Below, in pieces: positions 48,830 through 61,521 of a DNA stretch of 64,000 nucleotides. The notes below the pieces were generated by a model. That model was not told the DNA's origin, did not search any database, and was given only the letters and a program-made list of their open reading frames with translations. A program made the translations under genes and the position numbers. The first letter of the stretch is position 1. Every line of letters starts with the position of its first letter. This stretch comes from Ginglymostoma cirratum (taxonomy: Eukaryota). The DNA is taken from assembly GCA_024137785.1 (NCBI GenBank), contig JAHRHZ010000200.1:1-64000 (forward strand), read 5' to 3'.

Positions 48830-51135
48830 ACAGGCAGTTCTGGATTTAGCATTGTACAATGAGGTAAACTTCATAAGGGAGCTTAGGGTGAAGGAATCCT
48901 AAGGAGGCAGTGAACATAACATGATAGAAATTACTCTGCGATTTGAGAGGGAGAAGGTGGAATCAGACGCAACAGTATTACAGTTGAGTACAGGCAAGTA
49001 CAGTGGCAAGAAGAAGTTGACTACAATTGACTGGGAGAGGATCATAGTAGGACAGATAGTGAAAAAGCAATGGCAGGGGATTCAGGGAGTAATTCAGTAG
49101 ACACAGCAAAAATTCATTCCTCGAAAAAAAAAAGAAACAGACTACAAGGAAGATGAGGCAACCATGGCTGCCATTGGGAAGTCACAGACAGCAAAAAAGC
49201 AAAAGAGAAAGCATATAATGTGGCGAAGGGCAGCAGGAAGCCAAAGGACTGGGAAGCCTATAAATGGAATCAAAGGACAACAAAAAATAATACGGAGGGA
49301 GAAGATTAAATATGAGGTTAAGCTTGCCAGTAATATATAAGAAGTATAGCTATTTAAAGGGTGGAAGAGATGCAAAAGTGGACATTGGACAGCTTGAAAA
49401 TGACACGAGAGAAGTAGTAAACAAAGAAATGGCTGAGGAACTGAATATGTACTTTGCATCAGCCTTCACAGTGGAAGACATGAGTAATATTCCAGAAATT
49501 GAAGAGAGTCGGTGGCAGAGGTGAGAATGGTGGCCATCACTAAGGAGAATATGCTAGAAAAACCAGAAGATCTGAAGGTAGATAAATCACCTGGATGAGA
49601 CGGACTACATCGCAGATTTCAGAAGGAGGTAGCTGAAGACATAGTGGAGGAGTTGGTTTTGATCTTTCATCAATCACTGGAGTCATGGAAGGTCCAAGAG
49701 GACTGGAAAATCGCGAATGTGAACACCCCGATTCAGAAGGGATTAGAGTGGGAAATTTCAGGCCGATCACACCGACCTCGGTCGTTGGTAAGGTTTTGGA
49801 GTCCATTTTGAAGGATGAGATTTCTGAATACTTGGAAGTTTATGGTGAGATAGAGCGAAGTCAGCAGAGTTTCATCAAAGGAAGATCATGCTTGACAAAT
49901 CTGCCAGAATTATTTGAGGAGGTAATGAGCAGATTAGACAAAGGAGATGCAATGGATATTATTTACTTGGAATTCCAGAAGGTCTTTGACAAGGTGCTGC
50001 ACAGGAGGCTGCTGAATAAGATAAGGGCCGTGATGTTAGCGGGAGGGCACCAGCAAGAATAAAAGATTGACTGGTTGGCCGAAAACAGGAAGTGGGGATA
50101 AAAGTGCCCTTGTCGGGATGGCAGCCAGTGACTTGTGGCGTTCCATAAGGGTCAGTGTTGGGACCAAAACTTTTCACTTTAATGATCTAGATGAAGGAAC
50201 TAAGGGGCATTCTGGCTAAGTTTGCAAATGATACAAAGATACGTAAAGAGACAGATAGTACTCAGGAGGAGGGGAGGCTGCAAAACGATTTAGACTGTTT
50301 AGGAGAGTAGGCAAATAAATGGCAGATGGAATACAATGTGGGAAAGTGTGAGGCTATGCACATTGATAGGAAGAATAGAGGCATGAACCACTTTCTAAAT
50401 GGGGAGAAAGTTCAGAAATCTGAAGAGCGCGGGAATTGAGAAGATCTACTCCAGGTTTTTCTTGAGGGAAACTTAAATGTTGGGTGGTATTTAGAAGGGC
50501 AAATACAATGTTGGTGTTTATTTCGAGAGGATGGGAATATAAAAGCAGAGATGTACATCTGGTGTTTTATAACGCTCTAGTCAGACCAAATTTAGAGTAT
50601 TGTGAGCTATTCTGGGCCCCATACCTCAGGGAGGATGTATTGGTTCGGGAGCGGGTCCAGAGGAGGTTCACGAGAATGATCCCAGGAACGAAAGGCTTAC
50701 ATAAGAACAAAATTTGAGGACTCTGGGTCCATACTCGATGGAGTTTAAAAGGTTGAAGGGGGAGAATCTAATTGAATACTGAACAGAATACTGAAAGGCC
50801 TGGACAGAGTGGATGTTGGGAAGATGTTTTTATAGGGGAAATTAGGACCCAAGGGCTCAGACTTAGAGTAAAGGGAAGACCCTTTAGAACGGAAATGAGA
50901 AGAAACTTATTCAACCAGAGAGTAGTGTATCTATGGAATTCATTGCCACAGAAGGCTGTGGAGGCTAGGTCATTGACTATACTGAAGACAGAAATAGATA
51001 GATTTTGATTGTCAAGGGAATCAAGGGTTACTGGGAGAAGGTTGGAGAATGGGTTTGAGAAACTTATCAGCCCTGATTGAATGGCAGAAAAGACCCGATG
51101 GCCTAATAGCCTAATTTCTGCTCCTGTATCTTATC
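48830..51135 (+). mobile_element. Long CR1 LINE (disrupted ORF2: endonuclease end, RT, 3' UTR)
   Basis: GNFRPITPTSVVGKVLESI, GRSCLTNL, IYLEFQKVFDKV, LVRPNLEYCELFWAPY, FNQRVVYLWNSLP; 3' end ATGGCCTAA..TTCTGCTCCT. Confidence 0.95.
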
Positions 51136-51224
51136 GTCTTAATACCAGTCAGATAAAAGAAAAGTCCAGGTTTACCAGTCAGTGGCCTATGTATTGGGCA
51201 GAAATCTGGCCTGGGTTAAAAGAT

Positions 51225-51600
51225 CAATGCATTTATGTGCTGTACATGGCTCTCTATGTTGGGTAGTTATCTTGATCAGGTTTATAGATCAATACACTGG
51301 TGTGGTCTGCACAGCTGCCCATGCTGAACAAACATCTATTTGTGTTCATTGATCAATGCGCAAGTCTGATTTGCACAGCTCCCCATTCTGGACAGATATG
51401 CACTGCGGGTTTATAGATCAAAGCATTGGGGTGGTCAGCGCAGCTTCACATGATTGACAGATATCTAGTTTCTGTTTATAGGTCAATGCACTTGTGTGGT
51501 CTGCACAGTGTTGCACTCTGGAGAGGTTGCTGGGTTGTATCAAGCAGTACAGTAGCTTAGTCTGCACAATGCTCCATGATGGACAGGTGTCTTATTTGTG
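51225..51600 (+). repeat. Degenerate ~65-bp tandem repeat (paralogue of 40930-41375)
   Basis: Repeated GATCAATGCAC..GTGTGGTCTGCACAGCT. Confidence 0.85.
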
Positions 51601-52469
51601 TGTATGGTGTATGCGTTGGTTTGTGATGTGTTCTGTGAAGTGGATTGAAAATGTGATATAACTAACCATTTCAGTTAATCTGGCAATGCCTTTCCCCGTT
51701 TGTTGTAATTGGACTGTCCAACCCTTCTCTCATCCTTGTATTCCCATCCCCTTATATTTCTGCAGCTCATTGTCCATTGAGTAATTGTCCAATTTTAATG
51801 CATGTATCGCTTCCTCTGTATCTTTCCCTGGTCTTTGGTGCTAGTCTCCCTGAAGCATTGGGTTCAATGCAATGGAAGCATCTCCCATTATGAAGCACAG
51901 AAACAAAAATGAAGTGTGGATTGCACTTTCGTCCACTTCGCACTGTGTCCTTTATGGTGCTCCGTGTTTGACAGTGAGGACATATGTATGACACGTATTT
52001 GAAACTTGGTCTGTGTCTGCCCACTGAACACCTGTGTTTGTTACTCTCAGTAGATCATGTGTTCAGCAACACAAGGAATGCCTCGACTGTTATCGAATCG
52101 GACCCATTGTCAAACTTGCATTTGAGGGGCTTTGACTTAACTGCTGGCCTTGGAAAGTTAATGGGGCTGCAGGGAATGGTTTTCTGGAGGTTGTGTTGTG
52201 AACTGCTGCGTACATTCCGGGACACTAGAAGCTAAAGTGATTCCTTTTAATGATGCGTGGAGATTGTAGTTACAGCATCTGGTCTTGTAACATGACCAAC
52301 AAATGGACCAGAGGATGCAGAGTGGTGATTCTCCATAAAGAGGGAGGAAGGGGGCCACAATCAGTTCAGCCATGATCGTATTCAAGGGTGAAGCAGGATT
52401 GAGCGCCTTGTTCATATGTTTCTGTTTGCAACGGGCCATTCTCCATCTCTTCTTGTTTATCATATTGGT

Positions 52470-53150
52470 GGGATTGACAGCCTGTAAGGCATGTTACACA
52501 GGAACAGGAGGTGGTCATTCAGCATCTCGAGTCTGTTACATTCTAACAGGTGCAAGTCACACAGTTCTTGTAACACAGGAGGCCATTCAATCTGTTGGGG
52601 GAGTTACTATTGCACAGAAGGAGACCTTGCAACCCATTGATACTGCTACACAGGTAAAAATGCATGTCACTGAGAGTATTAAACATTTTACACCGGAACA
52701 GGATCAGGCTAATCAGCATATGGAATCTAATACACAAGAAGAGGATGAAATTATTTAGCTTGTTGGCCCAATTCCAGAGGAGAGCGAAGGCATCATTCAG
52801 TTCTTGAGGATGTTTGATGGAATAGGTGGTATGTTTCCACTGACACAATCTCGAAGACAGGAGTGTTAAGAGCCAATCAGTCCATAAATCCCAAATACAA
52901 AGAAACAGCAGGAAACCACATAGCGACACTGAATTCCTCCTGTTCCTCTTTAACAAGCTTGGGAGGATGAATGACCTCCACCTTTTCCTCTTTTACAGCC
53001 TCAAGGGGCTGAATGACCTCTTCGTCTGTTCCTCTGTAACAGATACGAGAAGGTGAATTTCTTCCTCCTATTCCTTTGTAACAAGCTCGAGACATTAAAC
53101 GAATTAGGAGCAACAGCCGGCCATTTAACACTTGGGCCCACAGCACCATT
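52470..53150. repeat. ~45-bp satellite units in two opposed arrays
   Basis: TGTTACACAGGAACAGGAGG..GCCATTCAGC..CTCGAG on + (52470-52720) and its reverse complement (52920-53150). Confidence 0.65.
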
Positions 53151-53869
53151 CGGAAAGGAATCTGATCTGATAGTGTCTCAAATTTATTTTCCTCTCTGCT
53201 CCTGTTAAACGTTGACTGTTTTGTTCATCATAAATCTGTCGATTTTGGCCTTGAAAATCTTCAATAATGCAGCCTTCCGTGCTTTCTGGATAAGAGAAAG
53301 ACAAATATGAAACCCTGGTGAGGAGGAAAAGGAATACCTATTAAATGGAAAAGCAGCAATCTTTACACTGTGTCCAGTCATTTCAACTAACCTATTCTCT
53401 ATATATAATAGTCTCAAGGGACGGAATGATATCCACTTTGTGGTGTGTACTCGGTTAGGTGGAATAACTGTCTCATGCTCATTCTCTTATATGGGCTTTC
53501 AGGGACTGCTGCTGTATTAATGTAACAGGTTCTCATTCTGAAGGACCTTCTCATTTTCCTGTATAACATACACGAGGCATAAAATGCGCACTTCATTTTG
53601 TTGTGTAACATTCACAAGGAACTGAATGACTTCTTCCCAATCCATGAAATACGCTGAATGGGCTCCTGTTGTAGTTTTTAAACAGGTTTGTGATGCCGAA
53701 TGATAGCATCACACATGATTTAAGAGCAACAATAAGCCATTGGGCCTGTTGAGCCTGTTCCACTTGTCAAAATTTCTAATCCGCCCGTGGCCTTTCTCTC
53801 CCGTGTTCTCCAGAAACCTGGAGTTCTACGTTGAATAAACATCTCTGAAGCTCAAATGTCAAACGCTAT

Positions 53870-54300
53870 TTAGTAGCTAAAGGAAGAAATTCCTTCTCAT
53901 CACTTCTTGAAATTGTAGGCAATTAATTTTTGAACTGTTCGCAAATTCCATTATCCCGTCGCTCAGAAGTGTAAATATCCTCTCAGCAGTCTCCCTGTCA
54001 AGACATTTCATGATCATGTATGTTTCATGAATGCCACGTCCTTTTCTTGCAAATTCCATTTTCTTTTAGCTTAAACCTGTCCAATCTTTCCTGATACGAC
54101 AGACACATGATACTTAGAACATGTCGAGTGGACTTTCATTGAACTAAATCCATTGGAAACCCATGCCTTCTCAGGTACAGAAACTAAAACTACACAATGT
54201 GCTCCAGGCGTGCTATCACTAAGAATCTGTACAGCTGCACTAACACTTCCCTGAACTTATAAATGATTTGCTTTGCAATATGTACTGACATTGAATCTCT
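53870..54300 (-). mobile_element. Degenerate CR1 3' fragment
   Basis: ORFs contain REVLVQLYRFLVIARLEHIV and EVMRRNFF. Confidence 0.7.
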
Positions 54301-56339
54301 CCGCTCTTCCAAATACGAAATGAATGCACCCCCCTCCATCCTCCTATAACAGGTAGATGGGGAGAGAATGGTTTTCCCCATTCTTGTGTAACACTCTCTA
54401 TACTTGAATGATGTCTTAAGGCTCTGAAAGGATTTGATAACAGGACATTTAAAATGCCAGCACTATTGCACAAAGTCAATAAACAATACTTATCGTCCTA
54501 GAATCTGCTCTGTATAAATTCCCCATCAGTAACTTCATGCAGTAGTTCCAGGTTTTATTTCTGTCTCTTTTATAAACACGATGGAACGCATAGAACCATG
54601 CAGTTCTCTGGCACTACTCACATATGCAAGGGGTATTGATGCCCTGGCGCTGGGATCATTGATCACCAATAACAACAACTAACTTCCTATGCACCAGGTA
54701 TGACTCAGACTTGTGGAAAGACATTCCCATATTTCTACTGACCTCAGATTTACCAAGAATCCTTGATACCACATTCAGTTACATGTAACCTTAATTACGC
54801 CTCTTTCACATCACCAGTGGAACTCAGCTCTTTTTTACACAATTGAACCAAGGCTGTAATGAAACCGGGAGCTGAATGGTCCTGGTGTTCACTTTTAAGG
54901 TGAAAGCAGGAGAATAAGAGGTTAGTTGATGAAGAATTTTGTTTACACCCAGTGGATAGTAGGTGTTTGGAATGCATGGCCTGCGTGGGTAGTTAAGGCA
55001 TGTTACCTGGCAACCTAAAAAAAAATCCTTGGACAAGCACCTGAAGTGTCATAACAGTCAAGGCTAAGTGTGGAGTGCCGGACAGTATGTCTTGTGCAGG
55101 TTTAGTGTATTTATGACAGTACATGCTCAAGGAGTCGAAGGACAGCTCTTTGTTTCTATGATTCTATGTCTGGTGCTGCTCCTGACACACCCTCCAGCAC
55201 TCTTTATTGAACAATGACCCTTGTTGATCATTGTAGAGTGGAGGAAATGCATGCCCGTGAGTTTACAGATTGTGTTGACTATAGTTCTGTTGATGCTGAT
55301 GGTCCACACTGCCACATGGATGTGCAGCTTTGACTCACTAGACCATTTTGAAGTATGGACCATTTCGTAGGAGATAGTGCCACATAACAGGATGTGTGTT
55401 ATCTGCAGTAGGAGGAAGGGACTTCATCTCCACTAGAACTGCTGGCCACTCCTACAGATACAGTCATGTACCTGTAATCAGTAGATTGGGCGCGTCAATT
55501 CATATATGATGTTTTTTCCCTCTGTTGTGCACTCATCACTTTTCACACTCTAGTTGCTATGGTTTTTATGCCTTTACCAGCTCAATCACTGGTGAACCAA
55601 TGGGGACACTCTTGGTCAGGGACAACAAAATACCACATGCAGAGTGTGCTCTGTGTCCTTGCCATCCTCAATCCTTCCTCCAAGTTTTTTTTTATAATGT
55701 CCAGGAGAACTGATTTATAAGCTGAGTGGTGCTGACGAAGGCAGTGGATATTGATCGTCAGGATGTTTCTTTGACAATCTTTGACTTGTTGCCATGAGAT
55801 TTCTTGAGTTCTGGAGTAAATGTTGAGTAATTCCACGAAAATTCCTTTTCTGACTATATACCACTGTGCCTCTAACTCGGGTAGATCTGTCCTGCGGTTT
55901 CACAGGATAGATGAGTGATGGTGATGAGATACTGTCCATGGTATGACTTTTTTCTTTCATGATGCCAAACCATTTACCAGTCAAAATGAGGAATAAAGGT
56001 AAGAATTGATAAGGAAATAATCGTATAAAAAGCTGAAAGGCATCTACCTGAACAGGTGTTGTGACTCTAAAAAGGTTATGGATTTGAACACACAAATTGC
56101 GGTAATAATTTGGTTCAATGGCATTTGAGACTTGGCAACTGGGGGACTCACTGTGCAGGATATTCTACATTTAGGAGGTTGGACAACAATGAAAATGAGG
56201 TGGGTAGCTATCTTAATAAAGGATGACATCACAAAATTCATAAAAGAGAATCTTACACCAAATGACCAAGATATTGTCTCTTTCTTAGCAATGTGCAAAT
56301 TGAGTCAAATTTGGGGAGTGGTTTGCTCTGTGAGGCTCA

Positions 56340-57620
56340 GTGAATTTCACCAAACTCGCTTCATTAGTTCACATTCATGCCGTTGCAATGGGAATCATGT
56401 TGGGTTTCTTCAACATCTTACTGCACGCTGCTCCCAGAACAAGTCACTGCTCAATGGAGATCCTGAATTAACCAGCATCCCTGGCACCAGTACCATCTTT
56501 CAAAATCTATTGTGCACCTGAACCACCTCTGATGGCCCAGAGGTACATTGCATAGTCCGTGAAATTTGCTGCGTGCATTGCAGACAAGGAAAATTGGTGC
56601 TCCCCACCCTGCATTGCGCGCACACTCAAGGACCTCCTCCTGGGTCAGGCAGGGTACAATTAGGACTTCCTCTTCCCCCACAACCAATAGTGGAAGCTAT
56701 AATACCAGACCTTGCCAGACTGCTCCAAAGTTGCCACCTGGGTTCGGGCAACCTCAGCCATATGGGGGGATGTACAGCACTGTAGGGAGATCATTGCCCT
56801 TCTCCACTCCACTAGTGCAAGGGGAGACCCAGTGAGAATCTGACCAGGCATGCTGAGAAGAACAAACAAGAGGTCGTGAGATGATCTCAACATTAAGATC
56901 AGTGTTGCTGAAACTCTTGCCTGAACCTATCATTAATCTCATTGCAGCCCAAGTTGTTCATATTACCCAGAATCAGTTTCAGTGGATCTTAGAAAGAGGA
57001 AGGAGGAGCAATTCTTGGTGAAAGTTGTAGCTCACAGTGAAAACTGAAGTTCGTATTTTGTGAACGCTCCAAAGTGGCAAAATTCAGCAGGTCTGGCAGC
57101 ACCTGTGGGAAGAAAGCAGAGTTAACTTTTCAAGTCCAGTGACTCTTTATCCAAACAGCTTTTGTTTCACATCTCCAGCACTGGATATTTCTTTGTTTTA
57201 TTTGACATATACAAGGATCATGTGTACTGCAGTCATAACGTACGAATTGTTCTGGAAAAGAGGGTAATGGATGAGTGCAGAAGTGGAGGAGATGGGACAC
57301 TAATAGCTAAAGGCTCTGTCCACCAGCATGGAAGAGGGAAAGGACTTTTGGTTGAGGGTAAATTAAATTGTGTCCTGGGGGAAAAGGAAGTCTTGCTGTA
57401 CACCTCCCTATCCAACAGGCTGTCCATGCCCACACATGCAACATGGGTTGGGGGACACCAATTTCCTCTTGTATGTCATGATAGTGTCAATCTGAGGAAA
57501 TTCGGCATCACCAGAACAGGTTTGAGGGATGAGGAGAAACTGGGAGAATACATCCCCTCTCAGCTGATCATGTGGTCAACAGCACACAGCCCTGAAGGAT
57601 GGAAAGAATCAGCATCGTAA
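56340..57620. mobile_element. Degenerate retroelement remnants, family unresolved, including a short hammerhead-type element at ~57070-57195
   Basis: Broken coding-like sequence; 57070-57195 matches the arm of the fold-back family (CAGCAGGTCTGGCAGCA..TGTGG..AGAGTTAAC). Confidence 0.4.
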
Positions 57621-59056
57621 TTGCAGCAACTGACTTACAAATTATCTGAAGCTGGATGTAAAAACACAATCAGTGGAAGGTCAGTTGATGAATGGGGAGA
57701 AAGCAGGAAAATGGGGTTTAAAAACATATCAGCCATAATCTAATGATGGAGGGCTCGATGGGCAGAATCTGGCCAAAATCTGGAGCCTTTGCTTTCTGCT
57801 TTCAATAACAGTGGCAAGCATTTAAGCAGCTCTTTCTTTACACTCAGCACAAACTTTATTCTGGTCTCATCTGCTCAATGAGAAGATGAAACACCCGTGG
57901 TTCACAAATGCAGTCAAACAATGTACCCAATTACTAATACAGGCAACTGGGACTCATTCAGTTTTGGAAACCTGGTCAGTACCGACGGCTTGGGCCAAAG
58001 GGGCTGTTTCTGTGCTGTCTATCTCTATGACTCTATAACTGAGGCATGGAAAACGGAGAGACTAGAGCTAGAGGGCACATTTTGTCTGAAGTAGGTACCT
58101 TCAATTTATTACAGAGACAAGGAGATTTGTAGTCTTTTGCCAGCCTGTTGTGTGCATCTTTGGGACACTCACTCGAAGTTTTTTTTTGAAATTTTGAAAT
58201 CTTTTTGAGGAATGGACGGACAGATTTGTGAATAAAAATGGAGCCAATGCTTATCAGTTAGTGGGTGGGCATGCAGAGCTCGAGACACAATCAATCACTC
58301 TTGATCCTATTTAGTGGTGAAACCGTTTTGAAGGACTGAATGACCGACTTGTGCCTCTGAATCATGTGTTCTGGTGACTATAACAAATGGATTTTGCTAC
58401 TCCTCATGCGTCACTTACTCAGGGTATTTAGAGATTAGGTGGTTGTCTTGGAGTGGAATAGACTTGATGGGCTAAAGGGACATTGTCTCAGCTCTGCATT
58501 TCAATGATGTGATAATATTCTATAACAGATATTACTGGGTTATTCTGTAACTGACACCATTTTTGAACATCAGACAACAGTTAATTCAACAAAAGATTCT
58601 GAGGGAAGGAATCCTGTTCCAGGGAGAAGAAGACATTTTGAAGTCACTCTAGGCAATGACAGGAAGGAATAAAATTACCCTGAGCTACATTTCTTCACTA
58701 CAGCGAATGAATGCGACGACAAAAAAAAAGAAATTCCCAACGTCTTCAAGGAACTGGGACAGAATCCTTCAGGATGGCAACATTTTCACTGTCCATATTA
58801 GGAACTGTAAAGAAGTGAACTGTTTCTCCTTTAGACTCATCCATGTATTTGCATTCTCTCGAAAATGTTGTGTTTCCTGTTTTTACGTCATATTATTTGA
58901 AATATTTCAAACCTTGTTTTTTGTTATTTCAGCCCCAATCAGCTCAATCAATATCTGAATACAATGACTCGTTTGAAAACCTCAATTGGTCCTCATTTGA
59001 TCTGGTAAATTTGCCTCCAGGCTGATGTATAATTTGTTTGTTTGTCTTTCACACAG

Positions 59057-59958
59057 CGAATTTCGTAACGATCTTCGTCCTGCTTTATAAAGATTGTGGG
59101 TTGTCTCCATGTGTCAGACGTTAACTGGGGCCCATGCCATTGGCTGATCTATTGGTCATCATCCTCGACCTGATATTGAGACACATTCCCATTGTTTATG
59201 AGGAACAGTTTTTTTTTCTTGTTCCACTTTCGCGTGTGTAATATCCACACCGTCCTGCTTTACGCACCCACTGACTGTTCTGTCTGTTTCACCGTCACTT
59301 TCACCTTTGATCGATTTGTGGCCATTTGTTGCCAGAAGCTGAAAAGTAAATATTGCAGTGAGAATACGGCGGCTGTGGTTCTGGGAACAGTGACTGTGCT
59401 GAGCTGTTTAAAGAACATTTTCTGGTATTTTATGTTCTCACGTCGGTATATACTGTGGAACGTCCATTGGTTTTGTGATGCGTCAAACAGTGTTAATGAA
59501 TCTCAGGTCTGGGTCACAATCGAATTCCTTCACTACATTTTAAACCCGGCTCTCCCATTTATCCTAATTCTGCTGCTCAATGTTTTCACCTTCAGACACA
59601 TTTTAGTGACCAGCAGAGCCCGCAAGGGACTGTAGGCTCACACCAATGGGAAGATTCAGAGAGACACGGAAATGCACAGCAGAAAGAAATCCATCATTTT
59701 ATTGTTTGTGATCTCAGCGAATTTCATCCTGTTATGGCCAATGTTAATGGTGTATTCCATATGGATTTGGATGTTTAATTTTGGGTATACATTTTTCAGT
59801 CTAGATCCCTTCGTGATGGATTGGGCTTCATGCTGAAGCTCCTCAGTTGCTGCACAAACACGGTGATTTATGTCGTGACCCAGACAAAGTTCAGGCAACA
59901 GCTGAAGAATGTGCTGAAATATCTTTTCACTCAAATTAACCGATCAATAATTCACTAA
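59057..59958 (+). pseudogene. Class A GPCR pseudogene, GPR139/GPR142-like (second copy)
   Basis: Splice acceptor TTTGTCTTTCACACAG at 59056; ORF 59192..59635 TDCSVCFTVTFTFDRFVAICCQKLKSKYC...LPFILILLLNVFTFRHILVTSRARK; premature TAA (~59122) and TAG (59633-59635) plus frameshifts. Confidence 0.92.
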
Positions 59959-60404
59959 TTAACCAATCAATTCAGTACTTACTCATTACAATTCTAATTG
60001 TCAGCAATGAAGCAGCCTATCGTTATGACAATAGACTTGAGGGTAGTGTTGACTTGTCCAACCATATCACACAGGTTACAGGGCGAGTTTCATTTTTTTT
60101 CTCAAAACTCAGGGCCCAGTGTGAAAAGGCACAACTTGAATTACAGTATTTACAACTGCAAATTGTTAACAACAGAAATGTTTATTAAATGTTGCCAAGC
60201 AGTACAACAGCATTTTTATCGTTTTGTTTTCATTTTATTTAAGATACTGAGCTGCAGAGAGACAGCCTAAGCCTAAAGAGCGCGTCTTCAAGTGAAGGTG
60301 GGACAGGTGCCAAGGCTAAAAGTTGCGTCAAAGTAACTCTGTACTTCCTTTTGCCTTTGGTGACACAAAATTCAAGTTCCATATCTTCCTCCCAACCACG
60401 GTCG

Positions 60405-60790
60405 AATGCTCGCTCTCTCTCTCTCTTTCTCTCTCCTCTTGCGATCGTCCTCCTACTTTCTTATTTGCTTTCACTGTCCCTTCATGACCCAGTTCAGTTC
60501 ACTACTTTCTTGGCCTCACTCTCCCCCCGGCATTCTCTATCTGCCTAACTCTCTCTCTCTCTCTCACTTTCCTTATGTTCTCCGTACCTCTCTTCCTTCA
60601 ATCCTCTCTCTTCTTCCTTCCTTTTCTTTTGCTCCTGAAATTTTCTTTCATTCTCACTCCCCACCCCCGCCATCTCTCGTAGTCTCTCTCCCTTTATCAA
60701 ATGCTCTTTTCCACTTTTTGTCTCTTTTTCCTCTTCGATCTCTCCCTATCTGGTTCATCTCTGTCTCTCACTCCTTCTCTCTGATACTCA
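60405..60790 (+). repeat. CT-rich low-complexity tract
   Basis: Pyrimidine-rich; counterpart at 45405-45610 downstream of GPCR copy 1. Confidence 0.85.
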
Positions 60791-61179
60791 GTTATACATA
60801 CACACTCCTCACAGCTCCAGGGTTTGGAAATCCCACTATCGTCTCGATTGTGTTTCTTCAAGAAACTGGGCTCCTCTGCAGCAAGGGCGGAGCCTGTATT
60901 CCATGTGACTTATTCAATGACTCCAGTCTTGAACCCAACATCCTGCAGTAAATCAGAGCTTGTTTGCCGTTTATGGACAATGTGCCTGTATATGCCTCTG
61001 TGGGTGTGTGTTAGTTTATTTGTTGTTGATGTTAGAGTGCTGACGCCTGTATGTATGGTTGTGTGCTTCTCTGTGTCTGAATCTGAGCAATGCAGTCTTT
61101 ATTGCTTTGGTGGTGAACCCATTGAAAGGGGAATCAACGGCTGTCATTCTCTGTCTCCCTATCTGTTCCTCTTCTAATG

Positions 61180-61520
61180 AACTGTAAACGGAATCCTGGC
61201 ATTTATTGCAAAAAGGTTGGATTACAAAAGTAAAGACGTGTTGTTACAATTATATAAGGATTTGGTGACAGCACACCTGGAATATTGTGTCCAGATTTGG
61301 TCTTTTTACTTGAGGAAGAATGTGGTGGCACTGGAGGCATCTCAGAGGAAGTTCCCCAGGTTGATTCCTGGCCTGAAAGAGCTGTTGTACAAGGAGTGGT
61401 TGAATAACTTGATCGTCAATATGCTTGAGTTCAGAAGAATGAGTGGGGATCTGATTGAGGTATAGAAAATGCTAAATGGGTGGACATTGAACAGAAGCTC
61501 CCCTTTGCGGGATAGTCTTT
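61180..61520 (+). mobile_element. CR1 fragment
   Basis: ORF 61217..61465: DYKSKDVLLQLYKDLVTAHLEYCVQIWS...RRMSGDLIEV. Confidence 0.9.
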
Positions 61521-61521
61521 T

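Noticed and set aside
49685-50062. Active reverse transcriptase gene
   Set aside because: It is a short fragment of a CR1 ORF2 broken by many stops and frameshifts.
59005-59056. GT...AG segment as the GPCR intron
   Set aside because: About 52 nt is short for a vertebrate intron and the upstream sequence does not encode a TM1-like peptide; the true donor is probably elsewhere or lost.
59192-59635. Functional GPCR CDS
   Set aside because: It covers only about TM3-TM5, with premature stops and frameshifts on both sides; no first exon could be identified.
60406-60951. Longest ORF (181 aa) as a gene
   Set aside because: It is an S/L/P/F-rich translation of a CT low-complexity tract; the same applies to 45360..45776 and 46694..46966.
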